This document shows positions 46,716 through 56,147 of a stretch of DNA of 64,000 nucleotides, one piece after another. The DNA comes from Chlamydiia bacterium (lineage in GTDB: Bacteria; Chlamydiota; Chlamydiia; Chlamydiales; JAAKFR01). The notes beneath the pieces are model-generated. The model worked only from the letters and a program-made list of their open reading frames with translations. It was not told where the DNA came from and made no database searches. A program made the position numbers and the translations under genes. Numbering within the stretch: the first letter of the stretch is position 1; each line of letters starts with the position of its first letter. Where the stretch lies: positions 98,627-162,626 of the forward strand of contig CAWHBB010000004.1 of assembly GCA_963827485.1 (NCBI GenBank), in the 5' to 3' direction.

Positions 46716-48796
46716 CTCTTACCTATGAGTGATTTTGCCTTCTCTACGATCTGATCGCTTGTGAAGCCAAACTTTTTCAAAAGTTCCTCTAGAGGTGCTG
46801 ATGCGCCGAAGGTCCTCATGCCGATGATGGCCCCTTTCGGCCCCACATAGCGCTCCCAGCCAAAGGTGGAGGCCTGCTCGACTGCAATGCGCGCCTCGAC
46901 TTCAGGGGGCAAGACCGATTTGCGGTACTCCTCGCTCTCCTTTTCGAAGATCTTCCACGAGGGCATGCTGACAACGCGGCTCTTGATGCCCTCTGAAAGG
47001 AGCTTTTCGTGGGCCTCCAGGCAGAGATGGACCTCGCTACCTGTCCCGATCAAGATGATGTCGGGTCTCTCCTCCTTGGAGCCGGCCAAGATGTAGGCGC
47101 CCTTGTGGAGCCCCTCAGCACTATGGTATTTCTTTCTGTCCAAGGTCGGCACCTTCTGCCGGGTCAAGATGAGGGCGACTGGCTCGTGGCGCAAGGGGAT
47201 CAGGTAGCGCCACGCCTCCAGAACCTCGTTTGCATCGGCGGGGCGGATATCGATGAGTCCAGGTGTGGCTCTCAGGGTGGAAAGCTGTTCGACAGGCTGG
47301 TGAGTGGGGCCATCTTCTCCAAGGCCGATCGAGTCGTGGGTGAAGATCTGAATCGTCGGAATCTCCATCATCGCAGCGAGTCTTAAAGTGGGCTTCATGT
47401 AGTCGCTGAAGATCAAAAAGGTCGATCCGTAGGAGCGCACTTTAGAGAGCGAAAGGCCGTTGACGATCGCACCCATCGCATGCTCGCGAATGCCGAAGTG
47501 CAAATTGCGCCCCGCAGGGTTCTCTGCTGAAAAGCTTCCATCGCCCGCTTTGATGTCGGTCTTCGTCGAAGGGGAGAGATCGGCAGCCCCTCCTACAAGC
47601 CACGGAAGCCGGTTTGCGACCTGGTTCAAGACCTTTCCAGAAGAATCTCTCGTCGCCACTCCTTTGGGGTCGGCCTCGAAGGGAGTAAGCTCCTTGTCCC
47701 AATCTTTTGGAAGGAGCCTGTGCTGCATCTTATAGAGATGGTCGGCAAGTTCGGGATGGGCTTTGCTGTACTCTTTGAAGAGGTCCATCCATTCATTTCT
47801 CAGGCGGCCTCCTCTCTGGCCAATCCCTGCTTTGAAGTGGCTGTAGACCCCATCGGGGATGTAGAATTTTTTCTCCTCAGGCCAGCCGTAGCTGCGTTTA
47901 GTGAGGCGAATCTCCTCTTCGCCGAGGGGCTCTCCGTGAGCCGCAGAGGTATCCTGTTTGTGAGGCGATCCCCAGGCGATGTGGCTGTCGACGATGATGA
48001 GGGTGGGGCGATCGTGGGTCTGGTGAAAGGTGTTGATGGCTCGGTCTAGGAGCTCCAGATCATTGGCATCGCCGACCCTCAGCACATTCCAGCCGTAAGC
48101 CATGAAGCGCGCCGCCACATCTTCTGAAAAGGCGAGCGAGGTGCTTCCCTCGATCGTGATGTGGTTGTTGTCGTAGATCCAGCAGAGATTAGAGAGCTTG
48201 AGATGGCCCGCAACCGAGGCCGCTTCGCTTGAAATCCCCTCCATCATGTCCCCATCGCCGCAGATGGCGTAGACCCGGTAGTTGATCATCTCGAAGCTGG
48301 GACGATTGAAATGGGCGGCCATCCAGCGGCTGGCGAGCGCCATGCCCACACTGGTTGCCACGCCCTGTCCTAAGGGGCCTGTGGTGACCTCGATGCCTGA
48401 GGTCCAGCGGTATTCGGGATGGCCTGCGCACCGGCTGTCGAGCTGGCGGAAGCTCTTGATATCGTCCAAGGTCACCGTGGAGCGGCCGAGCAGCTCATAC
48501 TTGGCGTTGACCGCCTTCACGCCGGCCAGATGGAGAAGCGAATAGAGAAGCATCGAGGCGTGGCCGTTGGAGAGAATGAATCGATCTCGGTTGGGCCAGA
48601 TGGGATCTTCCGGGTCGAAGGCGAGATGGCGATTCCAGAGGCAGTAGGCCACCGGCGCGAGCGCCATAGGCGTGCCTGGATGGCCCGAATTTGCCGCTTG
48701 CACCGCATCCATCGATAGCGTTCGGATGGTATCGATCGCAAGCTCTTCGATCTTAAACTCCTCTTCGGTCTGTGTCGCATCTTTGATCTCTGCCAT
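46712..48796 (-). CDS. tkt: Transketolase
   Basis: SGHPG, TTGPLGQG, GDGDMMEG, FGIREH, THDSIGLGEDGPTHQ; start MAEIK after GAGGG. Confidence 0.96.
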   Translation of the reverse strand: MAEIKDATQTEEEFKIEELAIDTIRTLSMDAVQAANSGHPGTPMALAPVAYCLWNRHLAFDPEDPIWPNRDRFILSNGHASMLLYSLLHLAGVKAVNAKYELLGRSTVTLDDIKSFRQLDSRCAGHPEYRWTSGIEVTTGPLGQGVATSVGMALASRWMAAHFNRPSFEMINYRVYAICGDGDMMEGISSEAASVAGHLKLSNLCWIYDNNHITIEGSTSLAFSEDVAARFMAYGWNVLRVGDANDLELLDRAINTFHQTHDRPTLIIVDSHIAWGSPHKQDTSAAHGEPLGEEEIRLTKRSYGWPEEKKFYIPDGVYSHFKAGIGQRGGRLRNEWMDLFKEYSKAHPELADHLYKMQHRLLPKDWDKELTPFEADPKGVATRDSSGKVLNQVANRLPWLVGGAADLSPSTKTDIKAGDGSFSAENPAGRNLHFGIREHAMGAIVNGLSLSKVRSYGSTFLIFSDYMKPTLRLAAMMEIPTIQIFTHDSIGLGEDGPTHQPVEQLSTLRATPGLIDIRPADANEVLEAWRYLIPLRHEPVALILTRQKVPTLDRKKYHSAEGLHKGAYILAGSKEERPDIILIGTGSEVHLCLEAHEKLLSEGIKSRVVSMPSWKIFEKESEEYRKSVLPPEVEARIAVEQASTFGWERYVGPKGAIIGMRTFGASAPLEELLKKFGFTSDQIVEKAKSLIGKR

Positions 48797-48861
48797 TTGC
48801 CCTCGCTTTTGTTTCAAGTGATAACCAATTAAAATTTTTCATACAAATTTTTTGTCAGAAT

Positions 48862-50223
48862 TTGCTACTTTCCGATTATCGAGCAAGGAGAGAGAAGATG
48901 GATCCAGGGCGAGAGCAGATTTATCGCACCCACCACGAGCGGTTTATATGGAGCCACTTCGGCATGGTGGTGCTTGGGCTCTGGCTTCTGATGAGCCCTG
49001 AATCGTTTGGATACCTGCATTCGGTCTTTCGGAAAAGCGACTGGATATCGGGGCTGCTGCTCGTCTTTTTTGGTCTAATATCGACCTCATTTCGCTTTCG
49101 CTACTGGATCTGGGGAGGGGCCTTTGTCGGACTCTGGCTGCAGTTTGCGCCGCTGATCTTCTGGGCAGAGCTGCCGGTGATCTATGTGACCGATACGCTG
49201 ATTGGGATACTTGCGATTGCGCTCTGTGTGCTGACTCCGTTTAGACCGACAGAGCTCGAGCTTGGTCCTCAGATTCCCCCTGGCTGGACCTACAATCCCT
49301 CCTCATGGCATCAGAGGATTCCGGTGATCTTCTTTGCGACGATCGCCTGGTTTCTCTCCCGTTATCTCGCGGCCTACCAGCTGCACTACTCATCAGCGGT
49401 CTTTGATCCCTTTTTTGGCCTCGGTTCTGAGAAGGTGATCACCTCGATGATCTCCCAGGAGTTTCCGGTCTCAGATGCGGGCCTCGGGGCGCTTGTCTAC
49501 TCGCTTGAGGCGATTATGGGTGCGAAAGGGGGCGTTAGAAGGTGGCACACCATGCCGTGGATCGTGGTGATTTTCGGCTTTCTGGTGGTGCCTGCGGGCT
49601 TTGTGAGCATCATGCTTGTGATGCTCCAGCCGATTGCGGTGGGGGCGTGGTGCGGGGTCTGCCTGATCATCGCGGTCTGCATGCTGATCATGCTGGCGCT
49701 GACGGTCGATGAGGTGGTGGCGGTGGGGCAATATCTCCATGCGAGTGTGCGTGAGGGCAAATCGTTTTGGAAAACGCTCTTCCAGGGCTCTAACTATACC
49801 GAGACCGGAGTCGATACGCGCACGCCGAGCTTCCATGTCTCGCCGCTCAAATTCATACGCGCCTCTTTGTGGGGGATCACGCTGCCGTGGAATCTCGTGC
49901 TCACAGCGATCATCGGTATCTGGCTGCTCTTCTCTGCGAAAACCTTTGGATTCACGGGAGAGATGGCCGATAATCAGGCGGTGATGGGGGCGCTGATCGC
50001 GACCCTCTCCATCATTTCGTTTGCCGAAGTGGCCCGTACGGTACGGCTCATCAACATTCTGATTGCGATCTGGCTTGCGCTCGCGCCCTGGTTTTTGCTC
50101 TCAAGCGGACTCGGAGCGGCGCACTGGCACAATCTTATCATCGCGCTTGCGGTGATTCTGCTCTCGATTTTCCGCGGCCCTATCAAGGAGCGTTACGGCA
50201 CCTGGGACAAAGTCATCGTCTAA
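48862..50223 (+). CDS. VKOR-family membrane protein with SPW-like repeats
   Basis: PPGWTYNPSSW, DAGLG, WCGVC (CxxC), APW-type repeats; an alternative start is at 48898. Confidence 0.85.
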   Translation: MLLSDYRARREKMDPGREQIYRTHHERFIWSHFGMVVLGLWLLMSPESFGYLHSVFRKSDWISGLLLVFFGLISTSFRFRYWIWGGAFVGLWLQFAPLIFWAELPVIYVTDTLIGILAIALCVLTPFRPTELELGPQIPPGWTYNPSSWHQRIPVIFFATIAWFLSRYLAAYQLHYSSAVFDPFFGLGSEKVITSMISQEFPVSDAGLGALVYSLEAIMGAKGGVRRWHTMPWIVVIFGFLVVPAGFVSIMLVMLQPIAVGAWCGVCLIIAVCMLIMLALTVDEVVAVGQYLHASVREGKSFWKTLFQGSNYTETGVDTRTPSFHVSPLKFIRASLWGITLPWNLVLTAIIGIWLLFSAKTFGFTGEMADNQAVMGALIATLSIISFAEVARTVRLINILIAIWLALAPWFLLSSGLGAAHWHNLIIALAVILLSIFRGPIKERYGTWDKVIV

Positions 50224-52517
50224 CCCTTCTTTTCTGCCGCCTTGGGTTTACCAAAACCGCTGCCTGGGGAGGGTGTGAGAGTTGTTGGCTTGGGTTTGGC
50301 AAAACCGTTGCCTGGTGAGGGTGTGAGAGTGGCTGGCTTGAGTCCTACGGCCTCGGGTGCGCCTGCACCTGGAGCGGGTGTATCTGCTCTAAGCATTTGA
50401 ATTCTAGAGCTTTCATTTGTCTGAACGGGTGGGGGTGAAGCGGCCTCTCTTAGTTCTGGATCGAGATCATCCTCGATTTCACCTGCTCCTGGAGCGGGCG
50501 TTGCTACGACAACTCTTTGATTTCTAGGACTTTCTGGTCGAGCTCTCGCTTGAAGGGGTGCGGGTGAAGCGGCCTCTCTTAGTTCTGGATCGAGATCATC
50601 CTCGATCTCACCTGCTCCTGGAGCGGGAGTTTCTGAGATAGCTCTTGGATTTCCATTTGCTTGAGCGGGTGCGGGTGCAGCAGCCGCGGCGGCAGCCTCT
50701 CTCGATTTTGACCTTTCGGAGGGAGCGGGAGGAGGGCTGTGGGCTTCAGGAATAGAAGTATCAATGTGGGCAGGGGTTTCGGCGCGGCTATTATCAGGAT
50801 TGCGTTGCACTTTTTTCATCGCAGAGTAATCCGTGATGGCCTCCCCGATTAAATCCATAAGTATCCCATTGGCGGCATCGCCTACTATCGCTGCAGTGTC
50901 TCCTACCTCACCATCGAGATGATAGAGATGGTCCTCATCATCGCTTTCATCCCCGATTTCTCTGGCGATAATTCTGTCGACCGGATCAGCGGGATCTAGT
51001 GCAAGACTCTCATCTAGCCAGATCTGTCTTGCGCGTCTGTCCGAATCGTCTGCAATTTTTCTACCGTCAGCCTCTCCGCTATGGAGAATGGCTTGATCGT
51101 CTGGATTCCTCACATCTAAACCAAAGTGCTCGCGCGCAATGGCTATGCGTGCCTGGTGATATTCCATCGGATCCTCAGAATTGTAGGGTGGAAGCCGCCC
51201 CCTCTCAGATATTCTTCTCTCTTTGTGATCATCTCTTCTTGGGAGCGCTCTTATCGGCACTGCTCTTATCGGCGCAGGAGAGGGAGGCTGAGTTCTGGCT
51301 GCAAGAGCAGCAGCTGAAGGAGAATCGCAGAAATCGTCAAAAGCGCGCTGTCTCGCCTGCTGTATTTCGATAGAGCTAAATCTGTTTGCCTGCGCTATTC
51401 GATCAAGGCCCTGCCTGATGTCTTTCGGGGAAAAGGGTAAGCGTCTTTTCAAAGCCTTAAGCGCCTCCTCACACTTCTCAACTTCTTGCCTCGCTGCATT
51501 AAGTGCGTCCATAAGCTCCTTACAGCGATTGACAAGTACAGCATCCCAGAGCTTCTGAACTTGGCTCTTCGCCGACTCAAGCGCCTGTTCATGCGTTTGA
51601 AGTTCATTGTTTGCAGCGTGAAGTGCGCTTCTATGCTGACGAAAGGCTTCCACGTCGGTCCAGCCTAGATGCTGAGAGAGGGGTATATCTAGGTGCGGAT
51701 GGATAGTGCGCAGCATCAGCATATCTGCATCTCGCGCTGGAGTCGATCTTTGAGCTGTACGGGCAGCATCTGCTATTTTCTCATGGGCTACGAGAGCGAT
51801 TGTCCTTAGTTGTCTCTCTGCTGATCTATGAATCAACTCTCTGGGGCCCATTTTGCGCACGCGGGCGGGAAGGGGGTCACAGAGGTGTCTCTCCTTCCTT
51901 GCAAGCAGGAGGGCATGTACACGCTTATCACAGGCTACGTGCAGGTCATAGACAATGGCATTTCGCTGAGAGAGCAATCTCCGGATATAGAGTGGTTCAG
52001 CACCTTCGTTGCTTTCAGAGCTAGGTGTGGAGGGGGTGGAGGCAGGAGAGGTTCGAGGAGTGGTCGGAGTTGAGGGAGAGCGAGTGGGCTCTGAAGCGGG
52101 AGGACTGCCCTCACCGCTAGAAAGACTCTGTGGGGTCCCAGGACCGGGACCAGGACCAGCCCCTGGGGTTGCTCTCGCTGGAACTGGAGTTAGGGGAGGG
52201 GTTGCTGGACTTGGGGTATTGCGCGCCACAGGGCTCGCTCCCTCTCTCACAACGCGTGCGACCACTCTATCGAAGAGGGCATCGACCGCCTCTATTGAGG
52301 TCGGTGCTTGCTCGCGGACTGAGGCGAGGAAGACGATCTCCGACTGCGCCTCCGTGATAGGCGCACCATTTCGGGCAAGGGCAGCACAGGCTCGGTAGTG
52401 AGGTGTCCGTTCAAATTCTGAGAAGATGCGATCGACGCGATTTCGTTCGAACTCAACCGTTCCACGTGTATGAAGTCTGAAGAATGAAACGCCGTGACAA
52501 ATAGGTTGTGTAGCCAT
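50220..52517 (-). CDS. Low-complexity Pro-rich/coiled-coil protein with C-terminal repeats (effector candidate)
   Basis: 765-aa ORF after an AT-rich region; Pro/Ser/Thr tract, coiled coil and repeats. Confidence 0.75.
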   Translation of the reverse strand: MATQPICHGVSFFRLHTRGTVEFERNRVDRIFSEFERTPHYRACAALARNGAPITEAQSEIVFLASVREQAPTSIEAVDALFDRVVARVVREGASPVARNTPSPATPPLTPVPARATPGAGPGPGPGTPQSLSSGEGSPPASEPTRSPSTPTTPRTSPASTPSTPSSESNEGAEPLYIRRLLSQRNAIVYDLHVACDKRVHALLLARKERHLCDPLPARVRKMGPRELIHRSAERQLRTIALVAHEKIADAARTAQRSTPARDADMLMLRTIHPHLDIPLSQHLGWTDVEAFRQHRSALHAANNELQTHEQALESAKSQVQKLWDAVLVNRCKELMDALNAARQEVEKCEEALKALKRRLPFSPKDIRQGLDRIAQANRFSSIEIQQARQRAFDDFCDSPSAAALAARTQPPSPAPIRAVPIRALPRRDDHKERRISERGRLPPYNSEDPMEYHQARIAIAREHFGLDVRNPDDQAILHSGEADGRKIADDSDRRARQIWLDESLALDPADPVDRIIAREIGDESDDEDHLYHLDGEVGDTAAIVGDAANGILMDLIGEAITDYSAMKKVQRNPDNSRAETPAHIDTSIPEAHSPPPAPSERSKSREAAAAAAAPAPAQANGNPRAISETPAPGAGEIEDDLDPELREAASPAPLQARARPESPRNQRVVVATPAPGAGEIEDDLDPELREAASPPPVQTNESSRIQMLRADTPAPGAGAPEAVGLKPATLTPSPGNGFAKPKPTTLTPSPGSGFGKPKAAEKKG
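50434..50629 (-). repeat. Intragenic direct repeat encoding TPAPGAGEIEDDLDPELREAASP twice
   Basis: Near-identical ~67-bp blocks at 50434 and 50563 (129-nt offset). Confidence 0.9.
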
Positions 52518-52703
52518 AGTACTTTATAATTTGAAATTAGTTTCAACTATAATAGCATATGGATATTAACCTATCATTAGTTTAATAAAAAATATATATT
52601 AAGAATATTATTTATTATTAAATGTTACTTACTAAAAATTGGATTAAAGAGGGAGCCGGGCACGGGGGCGCACCCGGGCACGGGTACGAGAAGGACCTTG
52701 ATG

Positions 52704-53834
52704 CTATATCTCGTCCTTGAGGATTTTATCTCGGATCTGGGCCATATGGCGGACCATATAATGGAGATTGTGAGCGGTCGCAAGCAGGAAGGCGGAGAGC
52801 TCTTTTGCTTTGAAAAGATGGTTGAGGAAGGCTCTAGAGCTGCTTTTACAAGCAGGACAGTCGCAGCTCTCCTCTATAGGCCTGAAATCGTCTCGATATT
52901 TGCGATTCTCTATCTTAATAGGCCCCTCAGCAGTCAGGATGAGGCCGTGGCGAGCCGCCCGCGTCGGGTAGGCGCTGTCGAAGGTGTCGATACCAAAAGG
53001 AATCAGCGCGTCGATCGAGGGCGCATCCCCGATGCCGAGCAGATGGCACGGCTTTTCCGGGGGCATCTGGGGAGAAAGAAAGCGGATGAGATCGACGAGC
53101 TCTGCCTTCGTTTTGCCGACGCTTCCTCCTATAGCCAGGCCATCGAATGGGTGCCCTAAGAGAAAGGAGAGGCTCTCCTTGCGCAAAGTTTCATCGACTC
53201 CTCCATGCACGACGCCGTAGATCGCCTGGTTTTTCGGGTTCCTGAGATGCTCTGAGAGGGATCGAAGCTCCCAGCGATGGGTGCGGGCAAGTGACTTCTT
53301 CAAATCGTCCTCCTGGATGTGGTAGGGAGGCAGCTCGTCGAGAGGGATGATGATGTCCGCTCCGATCGCCTTCTGCGCAGCTATCGACGATTCCGGTGTT
53401 AAAGAGAGCTTCTGGCCATCTCGGTAAGAGCGGAAGAGAATGCCCTCCTCGCTGACCTTGAGCACCAGATTCTGCCCCTTTCGCTTGCCCTGGCTTTTGA
53501 GCTCCTCATGGACCGAGCCAAACGCAAGGCTGAAGACCTGGAAGCCGCCCGAGTCGGTGATCAGCGGGAGCTTGCGATTGATAAAACGGTGAAGGCCTCC
53601 CGACTTTTCAACCACCTCCACACCGGGCTGTAGCAGCAGATGGTAGGTGTTGCAGAACATGAGTTCGAGGCCGCTATTTTCGACGATATCGGGCGAGAGC
53701 GCCTTGATCGTGCCATTGGTCGCCACCGCCACGAAACTGGGCGTCTGGATGGTGCCGTGAGGGGTGTAGATCCTTCCTACGCGCGCCCTCGACCGCTTTG
53801 ACTGGTGGAGGATCTCAAACTTGAAGGAGCTCAT
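52704..53834 (-). CDS. tgt: tRNA-guanine transglycosylase
   Basis: TPHG, NTYHL, TDSGGFQ, HLLGIG, DTFDS, CDCPAC, HNL. Confidence 0.96.
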   Translation of the reverse strand: MSSFKFEILHQSKRSRARVGRIYTPHGTIQTPSFVAVATNGTIKALSPDIVENSGLELMFCNTYHLLLQPGVEVVEKSGGLHRFINRKLPLITDSGGFQVFSLAFGSVHEELKSQGKRKGQNLVLKVSEEGILFRSYRDGQKLSLTPESSIAAQKAIGADIIIPLDELPPYHIQEDDLKKSLARTHRWELRSLSEHLRNPKNQAIYGVVHGGVDETLRKESLSFLLGHPFDGLAIGGSVGKTKAELVDLIRFLSPQMPPEKPCHLLGIGDAPSIDALIPFGIDTFDSAYPTRAARHGLILTAEGPIKIENRKYRDDFRPIEESCDCPACKSSSRAFLNHLFKAKELSAFLLATAHNLHYMVRHMAQIRDKILKDEI

Positions 53835-54134
53835 GGTTGCCTCTTCCGGAAGGCAATTCCGGCCAGCGGAAGGGCGCTCACCTGTCCTGAGAGGGCAAAA
53901 ATGGTGCCGTGAGGGGTGTAGATCCTTCCCCCATGCGCCCTCGACCGCTTTGACTGGTGGAGGATCTCAAACTTGAAGGAGCTCATGGTTGCCTCTTCCG
54001 GAAGGCAATTCCGACCAGCGGAAGGGCGCTCACCTGTCCTGAGAGGGCAAAAATGGTGCCGTGAGGGGTGTAGATCCTTCCCCCATGCGCCCTCGACCGC
54101 TTTGACTGGATCTCAAACTTGAAGGAGCTCATGG
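53749..54134. repeat. 152-bp-period triplication of the tgt 5' end with collapsed yhhQ 3' pieces; mini-ORFs 54132-53983 (49 aa) and 53986-53831 (51 aa) on -
   Basis: ATGGTGCCGTGAGGGG at 53749, 53901 and 54053; tgt-type start codons at 53834, 53986 and 54132. Confidence 0.92.
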
Positions 54135-54809
54135 CTGCCCCGCCTTTTGGCCCTTCTGGAAGGCGATTCTGGCGAGGGGAGCGAAGAAAGAGACGAGTAG
54201 TGCGCCTGCCGCTTTGACCAGCGTGGAGAAGAGCAGCACCTCATAAAGGGTGCTCACCTGCCCTGAAAGGGCAAAAATCGAGTAGAGAAGGGTGTCGAGA
54301 ACTTCGGCAAATAATAGCGAGAGGAGGGTGCGCAAGACAAGCGCCCTTCCTGAGAGCTTCCTTCGCATGTAGGCGAAAAGCGAGATGTCGAGCAGCTGGA
54401 CGATGAGAAAGCTTGCAAGCGAGCTGATCACCAGGCGCGGCATAGGGGAGAGAATCGCGCTGAAATGGCTCCCAAGCAGGTCGTTTTCTATCGCCCGGTA
54501 GCTGAGGTGAATCGCCGAAAAAATGAGGAAGGCCAGGCTCGCCACGCTTGCGATGAGAACCGTTTTTCGCGCCTCTTTAGGACCAAAAAATTCCTGTGTC
54601 AAATTCAGTGCAAACAGGTATCCTACCGCAAATGCATCGCTTGAGCAGACCGTCAAGCCAAATAGGGGAATCTCTTTGAGCAGAAAGAGGTTTGCTAAAA
54701 CGGCGAGCAGCGAGAGAAAAGCGGCAAGCCCACTTTTACCTATTTTGAGAAAGAGAATAGTAAAAAGAGCGATAGTTGCGATGTGCAGTAGAAAAAGTAG
54801 CTCGTTCAT
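54129..54809 (-). CDS. yhhQ: Queuosine precursor transporter (YhhQ/Vut_1)
   Basis: LANLF..K, SDAFAVG, QEFFG..EAR, PRLVISSLASF..QLLD; upstream of tgt. Confidence 0.88.
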   Translation of the reverse strand: MNELLFLLHIATIALFTILFLKIGKSGLAAFLSLLAVLANLFLLKEIPLFGLTVCSSDAFAVGYLFALNLTQEFFGPKEARKTVLIASVASLAFLIFSAIHLSYRAIENDLLGSHFSAILSPMPRLVISSLASFLIVQLLDISLFAYMRRKLSGRALVLRTLLSLLFAEVLDTLLYSIFALSGQVSTLYEVLLFSTLVKAAGALLVSFFAPLARIAFQKGQKAGQP

Positions 54810-54820
54810 AGCGTTTTAGA

Positions 54821-55604
54821 ATGCCAGAAGAAGAGAAAACGCTCATTATAAAATTTGGCGGCAAAGCGGTCGAGAAGCCGGAGCGCTTCTCGGAGATCGC
54901 CTCCCTGATCCTCAAGCGGGCAGAGAGCTACCGGCGAATCGTCTGCGTCGTCTCAGCCATGCAGGGGATGACCGATGAGCTCATCCAGCTAGCGAGTAAA
55001 GTCCACCCCAATCCCCCTCGGCGCGAATACGATATGCTGGTGAGCACCGGCGAGCGCATCAGCATAGCGCTTCTGGCCATGGCGCTCTCGCTGAAGGGGA
55101 GAGAGGCGATCAGCTTCACAGGCAGCCAGTCGGGCATCATCACCGACGAAAATCACAGCCAGGCGCTCATCGTCGATGTGCGTCCCGAGCGCATCCGAGC
55201 AGCCCTCGACGGAGGCAAAATCGCCATTGTCGCCGGCTTCCAGGGGGTCAGCCGCTCTAAAGAGATCACCACCCTTGGCCGCGGCGGGTCAGATACCACC
55301 GCTGTGGCCCTCGGAGCGGCCCTAGGGGCGGAGAAGGTGGAGTTCTACAAGGATGTGCTCGGGGTCTACGATAGCGACCCCAAACTCGAAAAAAATGCCG
55401 CCCTCCACCAAAAGCTCTCCTACGAAGAGGCCTCCCAGATCGTCGAACGCTCCTTGAAAAAAGGTGCTCCATCCCAGGGCGATTCTCCTGGCTAAATTGA
55501 ATCGCCTACCCCTCCACCTCCTCTCGGTCTATGCCCAAAATGGGGGCACCCTCATCCACTCTATCGAAGAGAGGGTAAAAAACCCTATATACGAGAAAAA
55601 TTAA
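54821..55604 (+). pseudogene. lysC: Aspartokinase (kinase domain only), frameshifted at the A6 run 55457-55462
   Basis: KFGG, VVSAM, TLGRGGSDTTA and DV.GVY..DP; the continuation KVLHPRAILLA...GTLI* lies in the +1 frame. Confidence 0.8.
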
Positions 55605-55674
55605 GTTTTAATTAAATTCACGTTAATTTATAATTAATTTGTAATTAACGTAAATTAACCAACAATTAAAACTT

Positions 55675-56118
55675 ATGGATCAATTGGCCCCTTGTCAGAA
55701 ACTTTTCTATAAACAGAAGGCTTTGGGACACCATTCATTCAGCCCGCAAAAATGCGGCCAGGTGGCTTTGGCCGCGTCGGGCGTCGTCCTGGCCCTGCTA
55801 GCTGCCCTCTCTGGGGCAGGCGTGCTAACCATCGAAGGCTTTGCGGCGGAATATGCTGCCACCACCTTCGGGGCAGCCGCCTTCTGCTGTTTTGCCCTCG
55901 CGCTCTATCTTCAATACCGAAAGCCCTCCCTATCAGAGAGTGACAAGAGAGCAGCAGAGGATGATCTCGATTCGGCCTTCGGCGGTGGTCCCGCTCCAAG
56001 CCAAATGGAGCCGAGCACGCCGCCCGACCTCCCGCCCAGTCCAGCTCCTGGACTCGAAGCGTCGGCGCGAGCTCCAGATCCCAATGATATGAGCGGATTC
56101 TTTGAAGGCTGGGAATAA
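55675..56118 (+). CDS. Small Inc-like protein 1
   Basis: Bilobed hydrophobic domain; Pro/acidic tail ending NDMSGFFEGWE. Confidence 0.78.
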   Translation: MDQLAPCQKLFYKQKALGHHSFSPQKCGQVALAASGVVLALLAALSGAGVLTIEGFAAEYAATTFGAAAFCCFALALYLQYRKPSLSESDKRAAEDDLDSAFGGGPAPSQMEPSTPPDLPPSPAPGLEASARAPDPNDMSGFFEGWE

Positions 56119-56147
56119 TCTTAGTAATAAACCGAGGGGAAATCGTT

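Noticed and set aside
53749-54134. Regularly spaced repeats as a CRISPR array
   Set aside because: The units are 152 bp, the intervening parts are also repeated and derive from tgt/yhhQ, and there are no cas genes.
55455-55465. Programmed -1 frameshift (A_AAA_AAG type) in lysC
   Set aside because: The phasing is wrong: restoring KVLHPRA needs a +1 shift, not -1.
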